Positions 62,730 through 64,000 of a stretch of DNA of 64,000 bases are shown in pieces; the stretch's first letter is position 1, and every line of letters starts with the position of its first letter. A program made the position numbers and the translations under genes. The stretch is taken from positions 1 to 64,000 of the forward strand of contig MU271360.1 of assembly GCA_021432655.1 (NCBI GenBank), read 5' to 3'. This stretch comes from Atractiella rhizophila. Its lineage: Eukaryota. The notes below the pieces were generated by a model that ran no database searches, was not told the DNA's origin, and saw nothing but the letters and a program-made list of their open reading frames with translations.

Positions 62730-63766
62730 TCAAATTCGTGCCTGCAGACCCTCTCTTTCACCCAACTGCAAAAATTCCACCACCTTGTCAATCAACTTCA
62801 CTGCCGCGCTTTCGATATGAACACGATGGTCGGCGCCTTCCAGAACATAGGTTGTCAATACTCCTTTGGCGGCGGCGCGAGTCCACCTCTCGATTAGCTG
62901 AGGTTGGACTGTCTTAATATTCGGTGTGTATTCGTCTTCTCCACTGAAGAGCGCCAAAACTGGAATATGAGGGGGGAGTTGTCCAAACGTCTGTGAGATT
63001 GCGCGATGGTCATCGCCTGTGTCTGGCAGAGAGACGGAAAAGTAATCGTCGTCTCCTCCAACGCAGAAGAGGGAATAAGCACGATAAACGCTCACTCCGA
63101 CCCCGAAGAGGACGTCGCAGGCTTCTTGTGGCGCGATCGTCTTGTGCTCTGTTCCTTTCGCTTTGCACTCTGCGTACAAGGCTGCGAGCTCGGATGCGAG
63201 AGAAGGGCTGACGGGGAAACCTTCACGGTCGGAAACTGATTGATGGAAAGTGTAAGAAGCTGTAAGGGTTTTGAGTCCAAAGAAACACACCTGGTGCGTG
63301 AAGAATGGCTTTTTTGATTGAATCGGTAGATTTGTTCAGTAAATAGTGTATCGTATCCTGAGAACCGGTTGAATGACCCATCAAAACGATCTCGTCCTTG
63401 CCTGTCCCAGACTTAAAGGATGAGAGTTATAGACTACATACGACATGAAAACTGACCAATACGCTTTAGATACTCGACTGCCCACTCGATCTCGTCCACA
63501 TCTCTATCCAAAGAGCCACGAGCAAATCCCTTGTAAGCAGAGCTCAAATGAGGTTGAGCAAGAGCCCATCCTTCATTCTTCAACCTTTCAGAAAGAGGGG
63601 CAGTCCAGGGAACAGTCGACAGTCCGTCAAATAATCCGGGAATGAAGACGAGGACTTTCTTGGACTCCAAAGATCCTGAGAGGAAGAGAGGAAGCGGGAT
63701 GAGGACATCTGGAGGTGTGTAGGTGTGCAGCTCGCCAGCAACTGGAGTAGGAGCGGAGGTCAACAT
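62730..63766 (-). CDS. DUF1749/UPF0613-type alpha/beta hydrolase (SidJ-esterase-like)
   Basis: LVFIPGLFDGL..VP, LSSAYKGF..GSLDRDVDEI, IVLMGHSTGSQD (GxSxG), GGDDDYFS, LFSGEDEY, LEGADH. Confidence 0.88.
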
Positions 63767-64000
63767 TGTGAGGTCAAAGCTGGTTTAATTTCTGCTACCT
63801 GTGATATGAACAATAAGTATACACGTCTCGGTAGTTGACCCAGTGCGAACAACTCAACAATGGAACTCACCGAAGGCGCCTTGAATATCCTCAGAAAACA
63901 ATACAGCAGCTGGTCAAGAATACAACACACAAATTTTACACTACACAAATCCTATGACAGACCTGCACCAACTATGTTAGCTGGTTGTTGGTTGAAGCTC

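Overview
Gene-dense, intron-rich fungal genomic DNA, most likely a basidiomycete. Introns are mostly ~50-70 nt GT-AG, micro-exons occur, and there is a FunK1 kinase. The window holds about 21 protein-coding loci: the 3' end of a Zn-dependent alcohol dehydrogenase, a FunK1 kinase, IQGAP, choline/ethanolamine phosphotransferase, PPIL2/Cyp60 cyclophilin, PCF11, RPL9, a broken patatin phospholipase, a cytochrome P450, an ABCG half-transporter, a GH36 Sip1-like glycosidase, a mitochondrial citrate carrier, a Gfo/Idh/MocA oxidoreductase, a LaeA-like methyltransferase, an alginate-lyase-domain protein, pyruvate kinase (5' end lost in a 460-N gap), a DUF1749 hydrolase and several orphans. I saw no tRNA, rRNA, CRISPR array or intact transposon. 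The best candidate for an undescribed system is a 756-nt, hairpin-dense first intron with a weak 3' splice site that splits the CID domain of the termination factor PCF11. It could be an autoregulatory intronic-polyadenylation attenuator, but that is inference. Other oddities: a 1054-nt structured intron in pyruvate kinase, two ~0.7-0.8 kb near-identical tandem duplications that may be allelic assembly artefacts, four single-base frameshifts in IQGAP that look like sequencing errors, and a perfect 5x16-bp repeat starting on a stop codon. Exon boundaries were read by eye and no database search was run.
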